A DNA stretch of 64,000 bases. It comes from a virus (lineage: Duplodnaviria; Caudoviricetes). The notes under the pieces are model-generated. The model searched no databases. It was not told the origin of the DNA and worked only from the letters and a program-made list of their open reading frames with translations. The stretch covers positions 1 to 64,000 of IMG/VR virus record IMGVR_UViG_3300032303_003166; one strand, given 5' to 3'. Position 1 is the first letter of the stretch; every line of letters begins with the position of its first letter. This document shows, in pieces, positions 48,968-58,455 of the stretch. The position numbers and the translations under genes were made by a program.

Positions 48968-49733
48968 ACATTTTTTCCTTAAGAACACGAATATCACGTT
49001 CAGTATAATTTTTAAAGTCATAAGCGCTAATGGCTTCAGAGATCATTTTAAGTTCATTTCCACTAAAAGTTTTTGCATCAAAGACTCGATTCTTCCAAGC
49101 GGCTATGGTCACTGGAAAAAGAGGCTGAACCAGATCATACATATCTGCGGCTAGCCAGCGAATTTCCTGTTGAGCATGTTCATCAAGACGCAGTTCTAGA
49201 AAATGAAGTAGATTATGTAGATCTACACCAGCCACAAATGTGGTCATTTGAGAAACAGGCAGCACTCCACGAGCCATTTCATTGGCAACATCAAGCGATT
49301 GAATAAACTCATATGAGTGAACAGATCTTTCAATGGCTTCACGATAGTGCTTTTCTACAAGATCATTTTTTTCTAGCTCAAGATCACGTCCACTGCCTTG
49401 CTTTTTATTTGAAGCAACAGATCTAAACGCATTAGGAACATAATATTCATTTGTAGCATTTACGTAGCGTAAAGATACCTCATTATATGACCAGGTGCGA
49501 TGGCGCATAAATTGACGAGCAACAAAGATTGGAGCCTGAATCTTAAACTGAATAAATGACATCTCAAATGGAGTAGTGTGCGCATTACGAATAAGATACT
49601 CAATAAGCTTGGCATCGTCATCTGTAAACTCTTTTGACTCATTATTGAATGAGGTTCGTGCTGCATTTACAAAGTTTAAATCTGAGCCGTAGTGTCCAAT
49701 GAGCTCAACAGTGCATCTTGACTTCTCTATCAT
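48954..49733 (-). CDS. thyX: Flavin-dependent thymidylate synthase
   Basis: HTTPFE, RQFMRHRTWSYNEVSLRY, EMARGVLP, LRLDEHAQQEIR. Confidence 0.95.
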   Translation of the reverse strand: MIEKSRCTVELIGHYGSDLNFVNAARTSFNNESKEFTDDDAKLIEYLIRNAHTTPFEMSFIQFKIQAPIFVARQFMRHRTWSYNEVSLRYVNATNEYYVPNAFRSVASNKKQGSGRDLELEKNDLVEKHYREAIERSVHSYEFIQSLDVANEMARGVLPVSQMTTFVAGVDLHNLLHFLELRLDEHAQQEIRWLAADMYDLVQPLFPVTIAAWKNRVFDAKTFSGNELKMISEAISAYDFKNYTERDIRVLKEKMYVTK

Positions 49734-49816
49734 GTGTGGTCTCCATGTAAGAAGATATAACCTGGATTCTAGACGTTTCTTATATTTTTACTAATTCTAT
49801 TATAGGGGTTTAACAC

Positions 49817-50242
49817 ATGGCCGCAACCGTAGAAGTTCATAAGGGTGGACGTTTAAGACTACATGTTAAAGATATATCTAACGTTAATAATACTTTTAAA
49901 ATACCTGCTAACTTTAGAATTGAATTTGTATACGCAATCATAATCACAGAAATAATAGAGAGCACAAATCTTCATGGCATTGAAATGAAAAACTCCACTC
50001 CTTTGTCTATTTTAAAATCTTCTCCTCATTACATAAGTGGACCAGTAGGAACTTTTATTGATTTATCCCCAAGAATTAATAGACAGCTTCTTGCTTATAG
50101 TGAGACTAGTCCCGCAGACAATGAGATAACAATAAGTCATTATGTAGTAACAAAGACCACTGGAGGCGGATACAATACAGCAGTTTCTTCTAGTTGGACT
50201 GCAAGCTATAAGCTTATTATTGGTCTTGAGTCAATAATTTAA
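49817..50242 (+). CDS. Putative structural protein, paralog family member
   Basis: KGGRLRL....NTFKIPANFRIEFVYA resembles the N-terminus of 16233..16970. Confidence 0.5.
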   Translation: MAATVEVHKGGRLRLHVKDISNVNNTFKIPANFRIEFVYAIIITEIIESTNLHGIEMKNSTPLSILKSSPHYISGPVGTFIDLSPRINRQLLAYSETSPADNEITISHYVVTKTTGGGYNTAVSSSWTASYKLIIGLESII

Positions 50243-50271
50243 CTAATTGTATATACTGGAGATTAATTTAA

Positions 50272-50997
50272 ATGGGTAAGAAATTTAGAGAAGATAACAA
50301 TCTAATTGATGATGTTTACAAAGAAGATGAAGATCGTGTTGAAAATCCTTTAGATTTCTTTTCAAATTTTAGCATTGAAAAGCCCATGGGTTATGATGAT
50401 GACTCCAGTGAAGACACCGCTTCAGAAAATGAAACGTCTGCTCATCGTGCGCAATTAAGCTCTGTAAATCACAATCCTGCAGCCTCTCTTGATGGAGTTG
50501 AAGATGATTTGCGTGATGCAATGAAAAGCTTTCCCAAGCAAGATGATGAAGAACATGAGTTTGAAGTAGAGGTTACTGCTATTGAAACTCCTAAAAATCC
50601 TATTATCATGGATCCTTATCTTATGGGAGAAAAAGATATGCTGGAAAGCGGTGTTGTATTAAAGCAAGATACTTGGATTAATGAAAGAATTGTTAAGAAA
50701 GGATCAAGAGTTAGATTGATAAAAGAATATAATGATGATGCAGAAGTTTATGGTGCTTTAAACCGCCATGCTAAAGAAACTGATTGGAAAACTAATCATC
50801 CTGAGGCTTATAATGCTTGGCAAAAAAGAAAAGAAACTCCAGCAGAAAAGATTGAAGGCTATTTGGAATTAAAAAAAGAATTGGATGATTTAAAAAAGAA
50901 TGATCCTGATTCCAATAGAAGATGGGATATTGTAAATGCTATGGGTAAGTTACAACACAAGCATATGCAATTTGATCCAGAAAACACTTCCTATTAA
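50272..50997 (+). CDS. Acidic putative internal head protein
   Basis: FRED, MLES and LIKE sites; promoter motif at 50241. Confidence 0.5.
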   Translation: MGKKFREDNNLIDDVYKEDEDRVENPLDFFSNFSIEKPMGYDDDSSEDTASENETSAHRAQLSSVNHNPAASLDGVEDDLRDAMKSFPKQDDEEHEFEVEVTAIETPKNPIIMDPYLMGEKDMLESGVVLKQDTWINERIVKKGSRVRLIKEYNDDAEVYGALNRHAKETDWKTNHPEAYNAWQKRKETPAEKIEGYLELKKELDDLKKNDPDSNRRWDIVNAMGKLQHKHMQFDPENTSY

Positions 50998-51005
50998 TAA
51001 AATAT

Positions 51006-51452
51006 ATGAAAGTAAATACCAAAGATATTGACACTCTTAGGAACAATCTCACCAGATATGTTCAAGAGGTAAAAGATGTCAATATCTCTTTGCATGATTC
51101 TTTACAAAATGTAGAAGAAATGTTAATTGCTTTGCAAGAAACACAAAATGAATATGTGAATCTAATAAAAACTTATAGATATGATACTTCCTCAGATTAT
51201 TATGCTTCATTTACCGGTAATGTTCAACCAAAAACAAAACAGCATGACCTAGCAGCAGACGCGGAATTAAATAAGACACTTAGAAAAGATATAGAAGACT
51301 TAGAGAATGGAATTGCACTAGAGCTAGGAAACTTTAAAAAATCTTTTAAAGAATTTTCTACCTATATACAAGATGCAACAGAAGCTTATGCCCATCATAA
51401 AGAATTGTGGGCACAACTTATAAAAGAAATAGAAAAAGCTCCTAAAAGCTAA
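51006..51452 (+). CDS. Hypothetical helical protein
   Basis: 148-aa coiled-coil ORF. Confidence 0.55.
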   Translation: MKVNTKDIDTLRNNLTRYVQEVKDVNISLHDSLQNVEEMLIALQETQNEYVNLIKTYRYDTSSDYYASFTGNVQPKTKQHDLAADAELNKTLRKDIEDLENGIALELGNFKKSFKEFSTYIQDATEAYAHHKELWAQLIKEIEKAPKS

Positions 51453-53449
51453 GCTTCAAGTACAATATCATCCCCGGTTTGTAGCTGATTGGCCTCAATA
51501 ACATGAATTACATTTTGTCTTTTAACAGACACTTTGTCTTTTTCCTGAAAGATATGTTCATGCCCAGATTCATCTTTAACTCTTAAAAACTTTTTGTCTT
51601 TGGCAAAGATTGGCCAAGCTGTTGAGCTGTGAAAATCTTTTTCCTTGGAATTATAAATCTTTCTAAGAGTTTCATCCTCTGCATCAATTCCTGCAAGACG
51701 AACCTGAAGTGAAGCATAGTCCAGACTAAAAATAACATAATCATCTGATGGAACATCAATAATAGCAGGAATTGTTTCATCATTTGCTGGAATCTGTTGA
51801 AGATTAGGATCCTTACATTTGCTACGGCCAGTGTCAGCTAACATATGAGCATAATTGGCACACATGCGATAACTTCCATCCGAATAAGGATTAATGTTTT
51901 TTCCCCAACCCTCATCATCTGTCTTTCCAATAAAAGTATTAAGAAGAGTATTGGTGGTTCTAAGTTCTTGAAGAAGCTCGGCCTCTCTATGACCCATCTG
52001 CTTCCATCGCTCAAGCTGATCTTCTCCAGTGAGATAGTCACCAGCTTTTGATACTCCAAGATTAGGCCAACCGAGAGCCTTTATCTTGGTTCCTAAAACC
52101 TTAAGTGAATTAAAGTCAAAATTTCCCACAATATTCATTGCTACACGCAATTCTTCTTCAATTTTCTTGATCTTTTCTTGAAACATGGTTCTTGCACTAT
52201 GAAGACGATCCATGGATACATATAGTCCATCATACTCCATTTGAGCAAATGCACGTAAGCTACGCATCATAATATCTTCATAGTATGAGGTCATGGTATA
52301 CCACTTATTCTTTTCATTGGGAAAAGTTGCATCCATCCAGGCCAAATGCTCTCTTTGCTTTTTCCAAACCTGATATGTTACAATAGCGTCCATGGTAGCA
52401 TACTTGGCCAAAGTTGAAAATGGAATCTTAGTATAATCATTTTCTCCAGTGTTCTCAATAAATTCATCCAACTCTTGTTCATAACCACCGTGCTTGGTAT
52501 AAAAATATGAATTGGTCTTGAGGCTATTACTACGTAGCTCATTTAACACATGTCCTAGCTGAACAATGTCTTCATGAATTGCAGCATTAGGAATTCCATT
52601 ACGCCATAAGAATTTACAGTCAAATTTTAAGTTAGCACCTATTTGAGTTTTCTTTCCAAGACATTCATTAAGAACTACCTTATCAACCAGATTCCATGGA
52701 CAAATATAGCCATTTATTCCATCAAAAGAAAAAGTTATAACACCAATCTTGGCTCTTACATGAGAGAAGCCACTTGTTTCCAAGTCCCAAGCCATGTGTG
52801 AATATCTAGAGTGTTGTTTGATAACTCTTATAAACTCTTCAGTGCTTTCAATCTTGTGAAGAATCACTTCATCCAATTCTTGATCTGCTGACAGCTCAGC
52901 ATATTTCTTTTCAGCAGTGTCCAGCTGCCAACGAGCAAAGTTCATCTTATAAGTGTCATAATACGGAGATAGTGATTGACCAAATGTCAATATTTGACTA
53001 AATGAGTCAATTGGAAATACATAACGACGAGTATGTTGATCAAAGAAATAGGTTTTGGGATTGGTAATAACATCATAAAGATAATTTACCTGTAAATCAT
53101 CTCGAGACACAGCATAGAGTGCAGAGCCAGAGGTAATGATAACTCCACGATCCTCAACGTATTGAGAAAACGGAGTCTTGTTCTTCTTGTAGAAGTTGGT
53201 TATACCGCCCTTGATATTTTCTTCAGTGGGTGCAATATATGATGCTAGTACAATACGATACGAATCAAAATACTTTTTAACAAGAGTGGATATTGCTTTA
53301 ACCTTTCTTGTATCATAATGCTTGTCCACAAGCACAAGAGCATAAGGTTCATTCTCAATAAAATTGTCTGCAAGAAGTATCTCTGTGTTTATTTCATCTT
53401 TCAACTTTTTGGATGAAGTTACAGAAATATTTCCAAAAGCAAATGCCAT
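51449..53449 (-). CDS. Family-A DNA polymerase, N-terminal part only (exonuclease through motif A)
   Basis: ExoI WDLETSG, ExoII NLKFD, ExoIII YATMD, TGR...PNLQQIP, motif A DYASLQVR, DFH..TA; motifs B and C absent. Confidence 0.9.
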   Translation of the reverse strand: MAFAFGNISVTSSKKLKDEINTEILLADNFIENEPYALVLVDKHYDTRKVKAISTLVKKYFDSYRIVLASYIAPTEENIKGGITNFYKKNKTPFSQYVEDRGVIITSGSALYAVSRDDLQVNYLYDVITNPKTYFFDQHTRRYVFPIDSFSQILTFGQSLSPYYDTYKMNFARWQLDTAEKKYAELSADQELDEVILHKIESTEEFIRVIKQHSRYSHMAWDLETSGFSHVRAKIGVITFSFDGINGYICPWNLVDKVVLNECLGKKTQIGANLKFDCKFLWRNGIPNAAIHEDIVQLGHVLNELRSNSLKTNSYFYTKHGGYEQELDEFIENTGENDYTKIPFSTLAKYATMDAIVTYQVWKKQREHLAWMDATFPNEKNKWYTMTSYYEDIMMRSLRAFAQMEYDGLYVSMDRLHSARTMFQEKIKKIEEELRVAMNIVGNFDFNSLKVLGTKIKALGWPNLGVSKAGDYLTGEDQLERWKQMGHREAELLQELRTTNTLLNTFIGKTDDEGWGKNINPYSDGSYRMCANYAHMLADTGRSKCKDPNLQQIPANDETIPAIIDVPSDDYVIFSLDYASLQVRLAGIDAEDETLRKIYNSKEKDFHSSTAWPIFAKDKKFLRVKDESGHEHIFQEKDKVSVKRQNVIHVIEANQLQTGDDIVLEA

Positions 53450-53481
53450 AAGGCCTCCAAGTATTCTTGGATAGTATAACC

Positions 53482-53964
53482 TTACTTTTGCCAGTTACTC
53501 AAATTCTTAAGAAAGCTTTGAAAAGAGTTATCTGCTTCTTGTGATATTTTTTTTGAATTCCAAAATCTAAGCTTGAGTGCTTCTTCTGTTTTGTTAGTGC
53601 GACTTTTACCCTCTTGATTAGATCCTATATTTAGGAGATAGCTGACGCTCTCTTGTTTACTTTCTAGATCAACTGCATTTTTTGCACCACTAAGAGCTTC
53701 CATTACAGAAACGCCGTCTTTGGTTTTTAATGCAGAAAGAAGTCCAATATTTCCAGTAGTAAAATCCAATAGATACATGCTATAACTTCCTAGAACAATA
53801 GAGTTTATTTGTCCTACCATCTCATGCATATTCTTTTCTCTGAGAACACCATATAGATTTTCTGGTGCTATCATTTCTTTTCTGTCTGATCCATTGATCC
53901 ATAGATTGATGTAACGGCCGTTGGCGGTGCGTTGCGCAATTGCGAAATACAAATTACTTTCCAT
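53482..53964 (-). CDS. Hypothetical late protein
   Basis: Leaderless start after TACTAAGTA. Confidence 0.6.
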   Translation of the reverse strand: MESNLYFAIAQRTANGRYINLWINGSDRKEMIAPENLYGVLREKNMHEMVGQINSIVLGSYSMYLLDFTTGNIGLLSALKTKDGVSVMEALSGAKNAVDLESKQESVSYLLNIGSNQEGKSRTNKTEEALKLRFWNSKKISQEADNSFQSFLKNLSNWQK

Positions 53965-54004
53965 TTCTACTTAGTAAAATTCTTCAAAATCAAACATAAT
54001 CTGC

Positions 54005-54111
54005 GGAGACAGCGTCTCCTAAGAAAAATAGATACTATATTTATTCTATTATAGATATTATATAGCTGCCATAAAATGGCAGTATGCAATATGCCATTAT
54101 TGAGCAGTCTA
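54005..54111. repeat. Hairpin/AT-rich cassette, copy 2 (candidate origin)
   Basis: Same modules as 28148-28252 in reversed order. Confidence 0.8.
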
Positions 54112-54172
54112 GAAAAAGTTTACAGACCCGGAATGTTTTGTTATATTATATTTATAAAATTGGAGGCAGACT

Positions 54173-54337
54173 ATGGGAGACTTATCTACTGATCTGGTTG
54201 AAGTTATTGACAAGATGAAAGCCTCTGGCTGGGGATCTGGCGATATACTCTCTTTTGTAAAAACAGTATTACAAAATAGAGAAGAGGATGATCCAAAAGA
54301 AAAAGATATGGGTAGGCAGGAGATTTTTGATGACTGA
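54173..54337 (+). CDS. Small early protein (54 aa, not in ORF track)
   Basis: GGAGG RBS; MGDLSTDLVEVIDKMKASGW...; behind a sigma70-type promoter. Confidence 0.65.
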   Translation: MGDLSTDLVEVIDKMKASGWGSGDILSFVKTVLQNREEDDPKEKDMGRQEIFDD

Positions 54338-54512
54338 AAATGATGAGAATAAAATTCTAGAAAACTATACATTTCTGACCTCTCGTACAAGCGACGGATT
54401 ATATAGGACAGAAACACCGCAAATTCCTGGACTTTTTGAAGTGGCAGAAGATCCTGCACAAGCTGTAGAAAAAATGAAAAACATGGTTATACTGAAATCA
54501 AGAGGTGCATAA
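54330..54512 (+). CDS. HicB-like antitoxin domain protein
   Basis: YTF.....DGLY.TETPQIPGLFEVAEDPAQAVEKM. Confidence 0.55.
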   Translation: MTENDENKILENYTFLTSRTSDGLYRTETPQIPGLFEVAEDPAQAVEKMKNMVILKSRGA

Positions 54513-54935
54513 ATGGCAATTGTTCTACGTGATATTACATTTCAAAATGAAGATAATATCAAACGTCAAAATTTCTGGACAGAAAAAGGTCTATGGACTC
54601 CTGTAGGCTTTATGACAGAAGAGCGTGCTCAATATTTTGAGCTTGTGGATGAGCTAAAAAATAGCGAAAAGTATTTGGGAGCTATTGGATTTTTTGTGAA
54701 TGATGACTCACAAAGAGTATTCTCTTCTGTATATGTTCTACCAGAGCACAGAAAAAAAGGACATGCAAAAACTCTTTATAAGAAAACATTATCCAAATAT
54801 AAGACCTGTGGAGTATGGGCGTATATAGATGAAAAGAATACTCCCTCCATAAATCTTCACAAGACCATTGGTTTTAGTGTTAAGTCATCCTCCACTAATC
54901 AAAAGACACATATGTTTTACAAGGAAACAAAATGA
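54513..54935 (+). CDS. GNAT acetyltransferase
   Basis: VYVLPEHRKKGHA; NTPSINLHKTIGF. Confidence 0.85.
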   Translation: MAIVLRDITFQNEDNIKRQNFWTEKGLWTPVGFMTEERAQYFELVDELKNSEKYLGAIGFFVNDDSQRVFSSVYVLPEHRKKGHAKTLYKKTLSKYKTCGVWAYIDEKNTPSINLHKTIGFSVKSSSTNQKTHMFYKETK

Positions 54936-55489
54936 GCGATACTCCTAGACTAACCAAAGAGCAAAGACTTCTTATAAAAAAAGAAAAAGATCTTAAAAAA
55001 CAATTGAAAGTTCAGGAGAAGCAAACTCGTGAAAGACTTAAAAAAGAAAAAATACAGGCAAAAGAAAACATTAGACTTGAGCGTCTCCGTAAGAAAGCGG
55101 CGGCTGAACAGAAAAAGGTTGCTCGAGCGTTTAAGGCAGAACAGGCAATTATTAGAAAAACACGGCTCTTTGATGACGTTACTATTAAAACCATTAAGAA
55201 CGCTGCAAAGTCTGCTAAAAAAGAACTTCCCAATGGATCTTTCTGGCTTGGAAAAGAGTGTATAAATTTCCTAGTAACTCATCCAGATAATCCAGATGTA
55301 GCAGTACTTCGTGTAGATGATGGAGTAAGAACTTCTTGGAGAAATACCACTTGGTTCTATGACTTTGATAATAAGATTCAAATGAAGTTTGAAAAAGATC
55401 TACATAAGCCAGAGCATGGAGACAAATCTATTCGCTGGGAAATGTTTGATAAGTATGTTGCAGGTCAATTGAAAAAGGTAGAAGCATGA
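54932..55489 (+). CDS. Hypothetical basic protein
   Basis: K/R/E-rich N-terminal helix; ATGA coupling. Confidence 0.6.
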   Translation: MSDTPRLTKEQRLLIKKEKDLKKQLKVQEKQTRERLKKEKIQAKENIRLERLRKKAAAEQKKVARAFKAEQAIIRKTRLFDDVTIKTIKNAAKSAKKELPNGSFWLGKECINFLVTHPDNPDVAVLRVDDGVRTSWRNTTWFYDFDNKIQMKFEKDLHKPEHGDKSIRWEMFDKYVAGQLKKVEA

Positions 55490-56031
55490 ATTATACTGGC
55501 GTAACTCAAAGAGTAATAATTCTAGAAGGTCCGGATAGATGTTCTAAATCCACTCAAGCAAAGCTTTTATGGAAATGGCTTGCTAAAAATCAACCATACA
55601 ACCCGCTAGTTCAGCTTCATTATAGTGGTTATCCTACACAAGATCAAGGCGTTCTAAACTTTAATCATATGTTTGAGATTATTGAAGACTCTCCTTGGAC
55701 AAATTTTATTCTTGACAGATCTCATATTGGAGAAATGGTATATGCTCCTAAGTATCGTGGCTATAGTGGAGATTATGTTCTAGATATAGAAGAGAGATAT
55801 AGCCTTAAAGATTTCTTTTTGTTTACTTTTATTGATGACGTAGATAATTTACTTGCTAGAGATGATGGTGATTCTCTTTCATCCACTAAAGAAGATCTAG
55901 AAGAGGAAATTGCGGCATTTAAAAATGCCACACTGCTGTCAAATATTCCTAGGAAGCTTATGATTAATATCTCTGGAAAAACACCAGAACAAGTACATGA
56001 CATTATCATAGAGAACTTATCAACTAATTAG
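55486..56031 (+). CDS. Thymidylate/dNMP kinase
   Basis: ILEGPDRCSKST P-loop; ILDRSHIGEMVY. Confidence 0.8.
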   Translation: MNYTGVTQRVIILEGPDRCSKSTQAKLLWKWLAKNQPYNPLVQLHYSGYPTQDQGVLNFNHMFEIIEDSPWTNFILDRSHIGEMVYAPKYRGYSGDYVLDIEERYSLKDFFLFTFIDDVDNLLARDDGDSLSSTKEDLEEEIAAFKNATLLSNIPRKLMINISGKTPEQVHDIIIENLSTN

Positions 56032-56033
56032 AT

Positions 56034-56867
56034 ATGGACTATAAGCAACTTCTCGTTACTCTTAATGAAATTAAAATTTCTGATTTCTCAAATGGAAAAG
56101 GAATTTCAAATCTAACATCAGGGTTTATGAATGACCGAGAACGAGAAGTTGGTCCATCCCGCCGCACTGACATTTGTCAACGTGCTGGGTTTGCTGACAA
56201 TTATGATGACATTGTATTTGAGTTTATAACTCCTGCAGGGTCAGACGGTGATATCACTGTTAATGCAAAAACATTTAAACATGAAACAAATCGCACTGGT
56301 CATTATAGTCTTTGGATTTTGGTAGTTGGCGCTTTAACTGCTCTTAAAGAAATACGTGGAGATAAAGACCAAGAATTAAAAACAGATAAAAATATTCAAC
56401 GCATTACAAAAAACATTGAAGAACCAACAACAGATATTAATGATCGTGATTTTCATGACGCAGGTCCGGTTGAAGGGCAAGAAGAGGAAGAAACCATAGA
56501 TGATGAATCTCCTCTTGAGGGCACAAGAAAGAAGGAATCACGTCTTAAAGAAGACATTGGTGATAATTTTGAAATCACAAACAAAGAAATGAAAGCGCTC
56601 TTGAATAATTGTGATATACGCGTGTGGTCTAATTCTCCAGCATTCTATGATCAAGGCCTGGCATATAATCTTTCCAAAAAAAATGGTGTAATATACCCTA
56701 ACAATATTGTTCCTAAGAAATGGAATGCTCCCAATCTGCATGCAGGTGTTGGACTACTTGATAAACATCTTGCTCTTCTTATCAAAGACATTCCTTATTT
56801 CTATGGCCAAATGGCTGAAAGAGTTAAAGAGCTCTTGTCCAAATCCAAAGGAAAGATAGACTTTTAA
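56034..56867 (+). CDS. Hypothetical late protein
   Basis: Leaderless start; LNE and LKED sites. Confidence 0.6.
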   Translation: MDYKQLLVTLNEIKISDFSNGKGISNLTSGFMNDREREVGPSRRTDICQRAGFADNYDDIVFEFITPAGSDGDITVNAKTFKHETNRTGHYSLWILVVGALTALKEIRGDKDQELKTDKNIQRITKNIEEPTTDINDRDFHDAGPVEGQEEEETIDDESPLEGTRKKESRLKEDIGDNFEITNKEMKALLNNCDIRVWSNSPAFYDQGLAYNLSKKNGVIYPNNIVPKKWNAPNLHAGVGLLDKHLALLIKDIPYFYGQMAERVKELLSKSKGKIDF

Positions 56868-56886
56868 GAGTTATATTACTCTTGTC

Positions 56887-57882
56887 ATGTCATATTTTAC
56901 AAAAGAAGAAAACTTTAAAGTCTTAACTTTTCTGATTGCAAGTCTAGGACTAAAAACCAAAAAGCATTTGTCTGAATCTGATCCTCAAATATTTATTACC
57001 TGCCCTGCACATTCTGACAAAACTCCGTCATGTTCTGTAAATGTGGAAAGAGGAATTGCTCATTGCTTTAGTTGTGGTGGTTCCTGGACGCTAAATCAAC
57101 TCTCAAAAGAGCATCTTGGAAAATCTGCATTTAAAATACTAGGCAAGCATTTTGACGAAGATACTGAATTTTTAAATTTCTTAAATAAAGCCAAAGAACC
57201 TGAAGATCATAAAAAATTACCACAAGTACAAATATCATTTGATGGTCCTATGATCAGACTTAATGATCTTTGCGTAACCTATCTATTAAATCGTGGAATA
57301 ACCCTAGAGATTGCACGAGAGTTTAAAATGAGATATATGGAAAAAGGATTTATAAATGGCACTCCTTTTTCCAAAAGATTGCTAATACCTGTGATTGAAC
57401 AAACTCATACTCTAGCGTATGAAGGCCGGGATGTTACAGGATTATCACTTAAAAAAGTTCTCTATCCGGCTGGCTCATCAGTAAATACTCTATATGATAT
57501 TGATAATCTAAAACGAGATGAACCGCTATATGTGGTTGAAGGCCTTATGGACCTGGCTATCTTACGACAAGACCCATATTTTAAAAATAGCACTTCTCTG
57601 TTTGGGTCAAATCCTACACGTAGAAAAGCCGCGTTATTATCAGACTTTAAACAAATAGTCTGGATACCAGACAATGATAAAGCTGGATATGATTCTGTAA
57701 CAGGATATTCTGAAATGATTGATCTTACTAAAACAAAGATCTCTATTTTGCGTGTTCCGTCATTTTGTAAAGACGTTGGAGACTTTCCTAAAAACAAATT
57801 CAACATCTCAGAAAAAAAAGATCAGTGGATTTCCAATATTGTATCACTCCAATCATTTAAGACTAACTTAATATCAAAATGA
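56887..57882 (+). CDS. DNA primase (CHC2 zinc finger plus Toprim)
   Basis: CPAHSDKTPS...HCFSCG; YLLNRGI; VVEGLMD; DNDKAG. Confidence 0.9.
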   Translation: MSYFTKEENFKVLTFLIASLGLKTKKHLSESDPQIFITCPAHSDKTPSCSVNVERGIAHCFSCGGSWTLNQLSKEHLGKSAFKILGKHFDEDTEFLNFLNKAKEPEDHKKLPQVQISFDGPMIRLNDLCVTYLLNRGITLEIAREFKMRYMEKGFINGTPFSKRLLIPVIEQTHTLAYEGRDVTGLSLKKVLYPAGSSVNTLYDIDNLKRDEPLYVVEGLMDLAILRQDPYFKNSTSLFGSNPTRRKAALLSDFKQIVWIPDNDKAGYDSVTGYSEMIDLTKTKISILRVPSFCKDVGDFPKNKFNISEKKDQWISNIVSLQSFKTNLISK

Positions 57883-57895
57883 AGGAGGAGCTTAA

Positions 57896-58453
57896 ATGCT
57901 TCATCAAAAGATCGAATCCGGTCAATATATTTCTGAATTCAAGGAAAAGTTCACTAATTTTATAAACAAGGCTCCAATACTTGCAAGTTACGTTGTCACC
58001 CAACAAGGAGTTGATGTAATTCATGAGAACTCAAAAGCTGTATATCATTATGATTGGGACTTTACCAAGCATGTCAAAACCTTTATCCATGACATTAAAA
58101 TGGAAATCATTAAACATTATCCGCGCCTTAAAGAAGTTACAACTGTTGAAAAACAACTCACTCCAGAACAACAGGCTAATCTAATAGAGAATGATGGAAT
58201 TTCTCCTAAAGATGTTCCATCATCACGTATGGAAACAGTGTCTCGTCTTTGGAGAATAGACAAAGTTATTATTATACGAGATTCTTTTATTCTGGTTGAT
58301 GAAGACACAGCTGAATCTTTCAGATATAAAATGAATCGCTCATGTGTATACTTCTTAACAAAATATAGAAGCGGTGAATTTAAGTCTTTAGAAGACGCAG
58401 CAAACTATTTCTTTAAAAATTCTACGCTGGTAAATAAAATAGAAAAGATTTGA
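57896..58453 (+). CDS. Hypothetical protein
   Basis: AGGAGG RBS; 185 aa. Confidence 0.65.
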   Translation: MLHQKIESGQYISEFKEKFTNFINKAPILASYVVTQQGVDVIHENSKAVYHYDWDFTKHVKTFIHDIKMEIIKHYPRLKEVTTVEKQLTPEQQANLIENDGISPKDVPSSRMETVSRLWRIDKVIIIRDSFILVDEDTAESFRYKMNRSCVYFLTKYRSGEFKSLEDAANYFFKNSTLVNKIEKI

Positions 58454-58455
58454 TA

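Noticed and set aside
51449-51600. Active split intein or group I intron in the polymerase
   Set aside because: No block A or TxxH, no intron-like sequence and no downstream exon; kept only as a degenerate Hint-like tail.
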